From: Chiloscyllium plagiosum
Taxonomy: Eukaryota
DNA: 64,000 bases
Direction of reading: 5' to 3'
Assembly (NCBI RefSeq): GCF_004010195.1
Contig: NC_057726.1
Location: 69,947,468-70,011,467, forward strand
In this document: piece after piece, positions 1-11,220 of the stretch
Position numbering within the stretch: position 1 is the stretch's first letter
How the letters are laid out: every line of letters starts with the position of its first letter
Made by a program: the position numbers and the translations under genes
The notes under the pieces: generated by a model
The model's input: only the letters and a program-made list of their open reading frames with translations
What the model was told of the DNA's origin: nothing
Databases searched by the model: none

Positions 1-1869
1 TTTACTTTTATTTTGCACGTTATGCATCCCTCACATATCTGTTTGGCTATCATATATATCCCTTTGCATCCATATTTCCTTAAGACATTACTTGCACTCC
101 CCAGTGGCTCCCCTGATGTAAGTTTCCGACTATCCTCTACCAATAGGGCTGTTGCTGCCATTGCCTGCACACACGCTGACCAGTAATGTAGCTTTCCATT
201 CTTTAATTAACAATGAATTAATGCAGTCATGATTTAAATTAACCATGAATCAATATGACAGGTCACTGAGAACGTGTAAAGGATTCCTGCCAATTAATAT
301 TGATTCAGGCGAACACAATCGATTATTATAAATATTATATAATACATATATATTAATTATATACATATATATTATATAAATAAAATACTCATTATCTGTA
401 ATCCAGAGTGGAAACGCAACAAATGACTAAAACATTTTTAAAACTGTAGTTGCACAGTTCTGTTTGTTTACCAGTCACTTGTGACTTCCCATTCTCTTTC
501 TGTAATTGTTTTGATCGAGTACATTCATTTTCAAGAACCTCAACAGGTTTCATAGCACCATTTGCAGTTAATTCAATCCCCAACTTGGTGGCGGTATTCT
601 GTCATGAGCGCAAAACTGATTCTTCATGCCTCTCATCACAAAACTGTTGCCATAATCCAATTAACTCTTTCGTTCCCGCTGCCTTGGGCTTAAAATTTAA
701 GGATAACCTTGCTGCCCCTGTATCGACTCGAAAATATACGCCCTCTTTGTAAGGTCCCAGCTTTAAATTTATGAAGGGTTCCTGGTGGGTTCTGGGGGGG
801 CAGGAACCCCTGACACCGCTATTCTTCATCAAAGCTCATAAGCGGTATCGCCCTCTCTTCCCTTTTGAGATCTGGTCACTTCCGCTTAAAGTGACCTGTC
901 TTTCCAAAATAGTAACATCCCACCTATGGGGATTTCCACCTTGATCCCTGTCCCTGTCCACCAGACCCCTTAACATCTCTCTTCCCTTTATTTCCAACAT
1001 GCTGCCCACCACCATTCCAGTTTCCTGCTCCTTTTAGTTTTGTCCGTTGCTTTATTACCTCTTCAACCGTGGCTATCATTATTTTTGCCTTTTGTTTCTG
1101 CTTCTCATGTTAAGTTGCCAGATGTTTGTTTAAACCTTGAATTTTTTTAAGAAATATTGCAATATTTCTTGTTCCCTGTAGCTTCAAAACGCAATTCATC
1201 AATTTATGCTTGCCTAACTTTAAAGCCTGTTCCTAAATATACATTTTGAAACCTTACTTATAAATATGTATTTATATATTATAAATTCATTTATTCAGTA
1301 CTTAATATTTAAAATGTAAAACGCATACAGTTCCCAACTTTGAAATCCACCCAGATTTAGTCCCTTAATTATAATCCAAATTAGTTTTCATAAGTAGTCC
1401 TGACAAGTCATTGCTCAATTACAGTGCAACAGGTCGTGAAATAACCAGAGCTGCCTTAAAAGGATTTGTGTATTCAAGTTAAAAAAAACTTCTAATGCAT
1501 GAATAATGGCCGAATCCAAGGTCACAGATATTAACCACAGGATTTTTTTAAATTACAATCTAAGGTTGAACTGAAACTTCAGCAGTCCTCCATAAATCGC
1601 TTTTATGTAAGGATAAAAGTGATTAGTTAGAAACGGATAGTAAGGCAGTCATGACCTGTAAAAAGAACAGGAGTAAACATTTTATTTCATAATCACTGTA
1701 AAATCCTTAACCTTAAAAGAAATCACGTTAAATTTCCACAATAGAAATCAGATTCAAAACATTCCTGGATCTCAAGCTCCAGGGAGCAAATCATAAACAT
1801 TCAATCACCAACAAACAAATGTGCATTCAAACCGAATCACAAATGGTTAAACTTTCTATTAGCTGTACA

Positions 1870-1873
<4 letters not shown>

Positions 1874-1913
<40 letters not shown>

Positions 1914-1924
1914 AACACACACAC
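1874..1924. repeat. (CT)n(CA)n compound microsatellite
   Basis: Direct reading of the sequence. Confidence 0.95.
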
Positions 1925-2680
1925 CATATCTCGCAGACACTTGCTGAGTTTCCTGCAATAACTCCTGTAGAGGCTTCTCGCTTCACCCCTCTATCTTTTG
2001 AATATTTTTCTGGATGTCTGGCCTAGGTTTAGTTACAAAGTGTACTCTCAGTAGCCATTCAGCTACTAGCACTTCCGACATGAAACATAATCTGATTCCT
2101 CCTGACTGAAAGGCTGTTTTCTATTGACATATAAATTCAAATATTTACAAACACAGTCTTCGTCCGGCCGTACTTTGGCCAGAAGACGGAGGGACGAAGA
2201 ATGGATTCCTTAGTCCATACAAAGCAACAATATTTAATCATATTTTTTCCTATCTTTTCCCCTTGTATTGTTTTCCCAATTCCACAACATTTCTCCCAAA
2301 AGGACTTTCTGGAGGTATGTTGTCAGGGACCCCGCCTCCATTTTCATTTCCTTTTTTTTCCCCGGAGGGTTTTTCCTTAACCTCAGCACAGCACATATTG
2401 AGTTTCTTCATTAGTCCTTAAACTCAATTCCCAGCCACCAAGGCAGTAGTTAAAAATCATTTTTCCTTTCTTGGTCCATGCACGGAGTTGCCTGGCCCTT
2501 CTCCGCGTTCAGAGCCGGCTTTACTCTCCCCACTGTGTGGTTCAGATGTCTCCTTTCAAGGATTCTTACCAGTCGCCCAAGGGAGCGGACCAACCCAAGA
2601 CATGAGACCGCTCCACAACCTGGAATGGACACGTCTTCTCAGTGTCCAGGGCCAGCCACTCCCAACCAGCGATGGAAGAT

Positions 2681-2698
2681 ATCCTGGACCAATCCCCA
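2681..2698 (-). promoter_or_regulatory. Primer-binding site, tRNA-Pro-like
   Basis: Minus strand TGGGGATTGGTCCAGGAT matches the tRNA-Pro PBS TGGGGGCTCGTCCGGGAT at 14/18 positions and starts 2 nt after the LTR's terminal CA. Confidence 0.65.
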
Positions 2699-2700
2699 AT

Positions 2701-3229
2701 TGTGGGAAATAGAACCCACTTTCTGAAATAATTTCAGTCCGAGACGAGATCTGAAGCAGCAGTATCGTTTATTATGCTCACGCAAGAGGGGTGTCTACTA
2801 AACACGCCAAGTTTAACGAGTATACAACTTTTATACAATTCATTTCTCCTTTCCTCTTCCCATTGCTCCTCCCAAGTTTACATCTCCCACTGCTCTAATC
2901 CTGGCGCCCATTACTCTTGTTTATCTCTTGCCTTATCCGGCCTTGTGCGTGACAAAGTGCAGGTTTTGCTTGGCCGTTTCACCATATCCCTCTGTGGTCT
3001 ATTGTTAGCGTATACCCTCCTTCACTGCCATCTGCTTCCTTGCTTTCTAAAGCAACATTTCTTCCCATTTTTTGTTCACACTTAGCTTTATGACCTCTTG
3101 ATCGTGTTTTTTTTGTTATTTGCAGATGCAGGAAATATATGCTTATAACTGTTTGTACAAGCATATCTAGTTTAACCTACACCCCCACCCCAACTTCATG
3201 ATTCAGCCTTGTGATTTTTCCAGACAACA
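2701..3229 (-). mobile_element. ERV 5' LTR
   Basis: On the minus strand it begins TGTTG and ends CCCACA, with TATAAAA near 2830 and AATAAA near 2770. It is immediately followed by the PBS and then gag-pro. Confidence 0.7.
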
Positions 3230-4269
3230 GCATTTGCAATTGCTCCTCACAACCTCCTAATAGATATCTTCAATTTCTTGAAGTTTCCCACCTCTCTTGC
3301 TTTTTAGACAGTAGGTTGAAGGTTCCCGCTTGTCGTAGCAGAGTTTAATTAGCAAGAATCTGTGAGAACACAAGAAATCAACAATACTCAAAAATCAATT
3401 GAACTGACAATAATCAGCCTTTATTGTAAATACTGCAGCAATTTGCCTGAGACTTGGAAAGATGAGGGATCCAGTTCGCTCCCTGTTTTACTTCCAAGTT
3501 TTGCGCCTTATAAAAGAAAAGGAACACATTATATACTGCAAAATATACTGAGCAATTACAGATTATCATGAACTGTGCATCACCTGAAACACTGAACCTT
3601 AGTCTAGAAACAACATTGATCATTTGCATCCTTCCATCACTCTGTTTCCATGATACAGACCTGTTGTTTAGGTTGAGATCTATAGTTTGACATATACAAG
3701 GAGCTGTGAAAAAGGTTACTGACGTTTTATCAAACTTATAGAATTTTTTTTGCATTCAGCCTGGTTCTGAAAGCTGTTTCTGACCTTTTGTCTTTTAAAG
3801 TGTTGAATTAACACTCGAGAATTTATCACTTTTTCCCATGATGCATGTTAAACGTTGCCCGCAATACCACACACTACTCATTGGGTCAAAACAAATTCCT
3901 CAAACCCCTCTAAACCATCTGTTCCTCACCTTAAAATTGTACCCCTTGTTCTTGATGCCTCTACTAACAGGAAAGGTGTATCCCTATCTACTCTGTCAGT
4001 GCTGCTCATAACTTTATAATCTGCTGCAATTGACATTAATGTGATGATGTTTCAAATATTATTATCAGGAAAATGACAAGACATTGGATATATGCAATTG
4101 ATTAAATTTCAGAGGTTACTGAAGTTTGGGGCTGATGGAATGTTTAAGTCAATGTGTACTTTGATTCCATCCCTGTGATATTAAAGATGTGATAGAAATT
4201 CAAATTGCTATTTGTTGAATTTGGAGTTGCAGTGGCCAGCTGAATTGACTAGAATTTGTTTTTTCCTTT

Positions 4270-4496
4270 ATGGAGAAAGTGAGGTCTGCAGATGCTGGAG
4301 ATCAAAGTTGAAACTTTATTGCTGGAACAGCACAGCAGGTCAGGCAGCATCCAGGGAACAGGAGATTCGACGTTTCGGGCACAGGCCCTTCTTCAGGAAT
4401 CGATTCCTGAAGAAGGGCCTGTGCCCGAAACGTCGAATCTCCTGTTCCCTGGATGCTGCCTGACCTGCTGTGCTGTTCCAGCAATAAAGTTTCAAC
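4270..4496. mobile_element. Penelope-like element terminal repeat (pLTR) pair forming a perfect 190-bp palindrome (4307-4496)
   Basis: Same sequence as the terminus of the GIY-YIG Penelope element at 63390-63480. The arms are exact reverse complements centred on 4401/4402. Confidence 0.85.
4402..4439 (+). ncRNA. Minimal type I hammerhead ribozyme motif (Penelope-associated); mirrored copy on the minus strand at 4364-4401
   Basis: GATTC-CTGAAGA-A-GGGC(ctgt)GCCC-GAAA-CG-TC-GAATC: conserved core, stems I and II, and a palindromic ACGT stem III. Confidence 0.75.
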
Positions 4497-6369
4497 GTTT
4501 TTTCCTTTATTACCAATTCTGAGCCAGATTTTTGCATGCATTGTTTAAGACCAGGGAAATGCTATAGTAACTGAGTTGGAATTATGGAATAGGACATCTT
4601 TGTTGTAATTTTAGTGGTAGAATTTCTTTCAGACTCTTCAAAAAAGCTCAAAATTAAAACTAAATGTCTTCCATGTTTGGTTGAAAGACTCCAACACCTC
4701 TGCAGACAGTCATTAAATGGCTGGAGATTGGATACATGATTCATAAGAACATAAGGAACAGGAGCAGGGATAGTGTTTCTGGTCCATCCAGCCTTCCCCA
4801 TCATTCCATAAAGTCATGGCTGATCAGCCGCAGTAAATAACTTCATTTAATGCCAGTTCCTCACAGCCCTCAACACTTAGTCTCTCATAACAACTCCCCT
4901 CAAGATTTTAATTTCTGGCTGTCAATGTCAACACAATTATTTCAAATAAGCAAGGTAGGTTTATAACTTGTCTGATTCCTCCCATATCTCTGAATTCACA
5001 AAAATCTGGAGGCTTGCCTGTACACTTTGATTAAGTATATCTTTGGATATCATTACATTGACAATTTTTTGTATTTTAGGACAAGTTATTTGATTCTTGA
5101 TTCCTTTTTGAAGTTAACTATGGCTAATCTCCATTGCGACGCTTTAATTCCATTGTAGCCATGATATTTAATAGGTCATTAGGGAACTAAGCTACATGGG
5201 ATTCTGGTGCACATTCATTCCGATTTGCTAATGGTGTCTGACCATTGTCGGTTCTTTCAAGGCTCCACAATCCCTGTTACAATTTTGATTAACAATCTTT
5301 GACAATACACCAGACCAGTTTGCCGCTGATAGCATTTCTGTTATTTCTGAGAAGTCTATAAAAAAAATCCATGTGGCTTATTTCCGATATAAATTGTTTT
5401 GAAAAAATGGGGAACTGATCATTTTAAGTTCCCGTGTTCATTGTTGGTCTCCTTCACAAATCTTCTGAGATCTAAGAGAAGATCATTCAATCCCAGGTTT
5501 ATGCCTTGGGTTTTGTTCCCCATTGTTGTTTGGTGACCCTCTGATGATACTCTCCAGCTTCTTCATTATTGTTCAGTTTTTAGAGCTGAGTTAAGCTTCA
5601 ATGAGTAGCCTTAGTTTTGTGGTCACTTTTGCAATATTTTTAACTGTTGGTGACTAAAATAATAAAACCACCAGCTCCGTGTGTTTTCAAGCTGCTGAAT
5701 ATATAAAGATATGTGTATAATTTTCTGACTGCATTTCACTCTCCTGTGTTCTCCTCAGTTGGCTGCATCCTTTGAAGAACTGAAGATTACTTCCGAAGAT
5801 GATCATTGCATACCTATTATATGAGAGATGATATCGACCTGCAGTTAACATAGTAATTACCGAGCAATGAGATATCAAGGCATACAATGCTTTGCACTAA
5901 ATGTTGGGAAATTTTACGAGAAAATTTCAGTGAATGCTTTGGACTAGTACAGACTCATTGGGCTGAATGGTAATTTTCCTCTGCTGGAGAATTCTAACTT
6001 TTTGACTCTGAATCTGCCCGTCTATTGGCATGGAACGTAGTTTGGTGATATCGGTAAGCCACCTCTGATGCTGTGGGTTGATTCATTTCCACTAAAACCC
6101 GCGAAGGAATTAGTCTAATCTACTGATGCATGTAAGAAAGGATGCCCAAGCAGAGCACGTGCATTATCCTTCCTCTCACGTTTGCTGCATATGCACTCTG
6201 TGAACCAAACTGCCCATCGAAATAAAATCACAGAGTCAAATAAATATGATCGATATGAATGAACTTGAAAAGGTCAGAACCGGAGAGGAGTCATGCCTGA
6301 TACCAAACTATTTGTTGCATGTTATCGGATCTCAAATCTGCTGCTACTCTAGGCTCTGAAAGATGATTG

Positions 6370-7070
6370 AGACCTGTAACAAGGTGAAGGAGAGATTAAA
6401 GTGAATAATTATTGGTAGCCAGCGTGAGGAAGGACAGCTTTGGGGGTGATGTACTTCAGTGGGCAAGTAAAGGGAGGGAGTTTTCGGGAAATAGCTGAGG
6501 GGAAACAATGGATTTGAGGGATTTGAGGGGACAGAGCTTTGAAACTGTTGAGGTGATTGATGATAAGATGTTGGATATAGGCAGGGTGCTTGGGAGAGAG
6601 GGCAGTAGTGTTAATGGGAATCGAGTTACAGTACTGGGGGATGAGAGTGATGATAATAGTAACAGGGGACAGAGGGGGTGGTGTTGGAGATAGAGGGTGA
6701 GGATGACTCGGGGTAGAGGGCTCAGAATGAAGCTGGGTGAAATGAGCTCAGATGGGGTAAGGAACAATGGTAATAAGGCAATAGGGCAGTTTGGAGGTTG
6801 CAATGAAATTGAGAGGCAGACAGAGATGGAGGCGTGAAGCTATTGATCATGGAAAAGCGGGATCAGGATTGAAGAAGAGGAGGATGGTGTTGAGAAGAGG
6901 GAAGTGGTGATGGGAAAGGGGGATTGCTTTAGGAGAGACTGACAGTGAAGGGGAGTGGGAGGCAGTGATAGGGAAAGACAGAGGAGGGAGGTAATAAGAG
7001 ATGGATTGGTGATGAGGAGAGCAGGAAGGAGATGGGGAGATGCTAATGGGGGAGGCAGATGCAGCCAGCA
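6370..7070 (-). mobile_element. Ancient L2/CR1-clade LINE remnant (purine-rich on + strand)
   Basis: Minus-strand Pro/Ser/Leu-rich reading with a CPLKSLKSIVSPQLFPENSLPLLA segment resembling the L2 pre-RT motif. Highly decayed. Confidence 0.4.
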
Positions 7071-8079
7071 TCAATAATGCAAATCTCAGCTTATTTGATA
7101 CATTACCAAAGTGGCAATAACTTTTGATTATATCAGGGGAAAAGGCACATCACAGCAAACAAAGATGAGAAATTGGAGCAACCATCTACCGCAATCACTT
7201 ACCGTCTCTTAGGCGCACCTCAATCCATCTCTGTTTCTCTTCCTCTCCCTTGCCAACTCCTTCCATCCATCCTTCACCTCTGTCATCCTTGTGCTCACTA
7301 TCACACTTCCACACCCCATCACTCTGCCCAATTTGCTTTGTAACTGTCCCCCGAAGTCCCCTCTACCCTTATCCCTGACCCCTTTGTTTTGGAGAGGGTA
7401 TTGAACAGATAGCGATAATTTTGGGATAGTGGGACTGTGTTTAGAAGAGAGCAATATTGATGGGAGAATGGGATGCTATGCAGGGAGTTGGGGAAGGGTG
7501 GCGGATAGTGATGAGGGGACACCGACAGTAATAGGGGTGTGGTGTCATTGATTGGGAGTGTGAGTGGTAGTGATGGGAAAAGGGAGGTGGTGGTGGGTAG
7601 AGGAAGAAGGGGATCAGATCATGACAGCAGTGTTGAGCCAAAGGAGTGGTGATGGGGAGTGTGAGATAGTGATGGGAAGAGAAGGCCAGTGATGGGGAGT
7701 GGTAGGTGTTGCAATCAATTGTGGAGCTACTTCAGTGGTGCAGCTCTCAAACTTATTTCAATACATTATAAATGTGGCAATTACCTCTGAATGCACCCCA
7801 CCCTGTGGACTGGCTGTCCATAGTTGACAGAGAGTTGGTTCACTGAGGTTTTGTCCAATCATTGTCATGAGTCATACAACACAGAGGAGGCCATTTAGCC
7901 ATTAAGGTTGCATTGATATGAGTAGAGTAGGTTTTTCCCTGATTATATGTTTTTGAAATAAATCTCTTGATCAAACTTAAAATATAACCCATAATTATTA
8001 ATTTAACCTGGAGCAGTGTTTTGTAGAGGAATAAGACGGTGCTATTTTCTGGGTCTAGAGATTTTGAAGGAGCAAAAAT

Positions 8080-11000
8080 GGCCTTTTGTAGAGTGATACG
8101 CACTTCTTGTCAGATGTGAAAGTTTAAGGAGCGTTTACGGATTGCTGTGGTTTATATCTGCAATAGATGCTGTTGGTTGCGAATTTTAGGTGATCAACTG
8201 GATCGGTTGGAGAGACTGTGAGAAGCAATGCGGAATTTACAACAGTAACAGTATGTGATGGATGGCATTTAGATACAGATACAGTCACAGAGATGGGTTA
8301 ACTTCAGGAAACAGAGGTAGGCTGTTACTGCAGCTACTGTGGCTCTGTCCATTTCAAAGAAGTATGCATTTTTGGACAATGTAGGGAGTGATTGATTCAC
8401 AGGGAACATAGCGCGAACAGCCAAATTTCTGGTATTGAGACAGGCTCCAATGCAACGAGGGGTACACCAGCTTCCAAAAGATCAATTGTGTTAGGGGATT
8501 CTGTAGTGCGAGGTACAGACAGACGTTTCTGTGGCCAGCAGTGAAAAATCAGAATGGTGTGTTGCTTCCCTGGTGCCAGGATCAAGGATGTCTCAGAGAG
8601 GGTGCAGAATGTTCTCAAGGGGGAGAGGGGCCCGCAAGAAGTCATTGTCCACATTGGAACCAACGACATAGGAAAGGAAAAGGTTGAGATTCTGAAGGGA
8701 GATTGCAGACAGTTTGGCAGGAACTTTAAAAAGGAGGTCCTCGAGAGTAGTAATCTCTGGATTATTAGGAGCTAGTGAGGGTAGGAATAGGAGGATAGAG
8801 CAGATAAATGCATGGCTGAGGAGCTGGTGTATGGGAGAAGGATTCACATTTTTGGATCATTGGAATCTCTTTTGGGGTAGAAGTGACCTGGACAAGAAGT
8901 ACGGATTGACCTAAATTGGAAGGGGACTAACATACAGGCAGGAAGATTTGCTAGAACTGCTTGGGAGGATTTAAACAAGTAAGGTAGGAGGCGGGGGTGG
9001 GGGGTTGACCCAGGGAGTTAGTGAGGAAAGAAATCAATCTGAGACTGATACAGTTCAGAATAGAAGTGAATCAAACAGTCAGGGCAGGCAGGGACAAGGT
9101 CGGATTAATGAATTAAACTTCATTTGTTTCAATGCAAGGCGCCGACAGGGAAGGCAGATGAACTCAGGGCATGGTTAGGAACATGGGACTGGGATATCAT
9201 AGCAATTACAGAAACATGGCTCAGGGATGGGCAGGACTGGCAGCTTAATGTTCCAGGATACAAATGCTACAGCAAGGCTAAAAATTGAGACAAGAGAGGA
9301 GGGGGAGTGGAGTTTTTGATAAGGGATAGCATTACAGCTGTGCTGAGGGAGGATATTCCTGGAAATACAGTCAGGGAAGTTATTTGGTGGAACTGAGAAA
9401 TAAGAAAGTGCTGATCACCTTACTAGGATTGCATTATAGACGCCCGAATTGTCAGAGAGAAATTGAGAAGCAAATTCATAAGGAGTTCTCTGCTATCTGT
9501 AAGAATAATAGGGTGGTTATGGTCAAGGATTTTAACTTTCCAAACATGCACTGGTATTGCTATAGTGTTAAGGGTTTAGCTGGAGAGAAATTTGTTAAGT
9601 GTGTACAAGAAAATTTTCTGATTCAGTATGTGAATGTACCTACTAGAGAAGGTGCAAAATTTGAACTACTCTTGGGAAATAAGGCAGGACAGGTGACTGA
9701 GGTGTCAGTGGGGGACCACTTTGGGGCCAGAGACCATAATTCTATTCGTTTTAAAATAGTGATGGAAAAGGATAAACCAGATCTAAAAGTAGAAGTTCTA
9801 AATTGGAGAAAGGCCAATTTTGACGATATAAGGCAAGAACTTTCAAAAGCTGATTGGGGGCAGATGTTTGCACGTAAAGAGACAGCTGAAAAATGGGAAG
9901 CCTTCAGAAATGAAATAATGAGAATCTAGAGATTCCTGTTAGAGTGAAAAGAAAGGCTGGTCGGTATAGAGAATGCTGGATGACTAAAGAAATTGAAGGT
10001 TTGGTTAAGAAAAAGAAGAAAGCATATGTCGGACATAGACAGGATAGATGGAGTGAATCCTCAGAAGAGTATAAATATAGTAGGAATATATTTAAGAGGG
10101 AAATCAGGAGGGCAAAAGATAGCTTTGGCAAACAGAATTAAGGAGAATCCAAAGGGTGTTTACAAATACATTAAGGACAAAAGGGTAACTAGCAAGAAAA
10201 TAGGGCCTCTCAAAGATCAGCAAGGCAGCCTTTGAGTGGAGCTGCAGAAAATGGGGGAGATACTGAACGAGTATTTTGCATCAGTATTTACTGTGGAAAA
10301 GGATATGGAAGATATAGAATGTAGGGAAATAGATGGTGACATTTTGAAAAATGTCCATTTTACAGAGGAGAACGTGCTGGATGTCTTGAAATGCATAAAG
10401 GTGGGTAAATCCCCAGGAATTGACCAGGTGTATCCGAGAACTCTGTGAGAAGCTAGGGACGTGATTGCTGGGCCACTTGCAGAGATATTTGTATCATTGA
10501 TTGTCACAGGTGAGGTGCCGGAAGATTGGAGGTTGGCTAACGTGGTGTCACTGTTTAAGAAGGGTGGTAATGACAAGCCAGGGAACTATAGACAGTGAGC
10601 CTGAAGTCAGTGGTGGGCAAGTTGTTGGAGAGAATCCTGAGGTTCAGGATGTACAAGTATTTGGAAAGGAAAGGACTAATTCAGGATAGTCAACATGGCT
10701 TTGTGCATGGGACATCATGTCTCACAAACTTGATTGAGTTTTTTGAAGGTGTAACAAAGAGGATTGATGAGGGCAGAGCAGCAGACGTAATCTATATGGA
10801 CTTCAGTAAGGCGTTCGACAAGGTTCCACATGGGACACTGGTTAGCAAGGTTAGATCTCATGGAATACAGGGAGAATTAGCCATTTGGATATACAACTGG
10901 CTCAAAGGTAAAAGACAGAGGGTGGTGGTGGAGGGTTGCATTTCAGACTAGAGGCCTGTGACCAGTGGAGTGCCACAAGGATCGGTGCTGGGTCCACTAC

Positions 11001-11220
11001 TTTTTGTCATTAATATAAATGATTTGGATGTGAGCATAAGAGGTACAGTTAGTAAGTTTGCAGATGACACCAAAATTGGAGGTGTCGTGGACAGTGAAGA
11101 AGGTTACCTCAGATTACAACAGGATCATGTTCAGATGGGTCAATGGTTTCAGAAGTGGCAGATAGAGTTTAATTCAGATAAATGCGATGTGCTTCATTTT
11201 GGGAAAGCAGGACTTACATA
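8080..11220 (+). mobile_element. CR1 LINE (ORF1 SGNH esterase-like, ORF2 APE endonuclease + RT), 3'-truncated
   Basis: ORF1 motifs VLGDSVVRGTD, CCFPGARIKDV and VHIGTND. ORF2 motifs ITETWL, QHGFV..SCLTNLIEFFE, YMDFSKAFDKVPH, GVPQGSVLGPLLF and KFADDTK. Multiple stops. Confidence 0.95.

Larger units (their letters stand above)
1..2700 (-). mobile_element. Degenerate endogenous retrovirus internal region (leader, gag, pro, pol remnants)
   Basis: Minus-strand ORF 602-832 carries the retroviral aspartic protease motif (EPFINLKLGP...FRVDTGAARLSL). About 850-925 reads GCYYFGKTGHFKRK*P, a decayed CCHC nucleocapsid knuckle. About 100-170 reads AMAATALLVEDSRKLT, resembling the RT connection region. Frameshifted and deleted. 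Confidence 0.8.

Noticed and set aside
4940-5660. Possible Gypsy integrase remnant
   Set aside because: Only faint motif resemblance; too decayed to support without a profile search.
6030-6059. ATG...TCG|gtaagc as a leader exon
   Set aside because: Phase 0, only 8 codons, not hydrophobic enough, and upstream of gene A's remnants.
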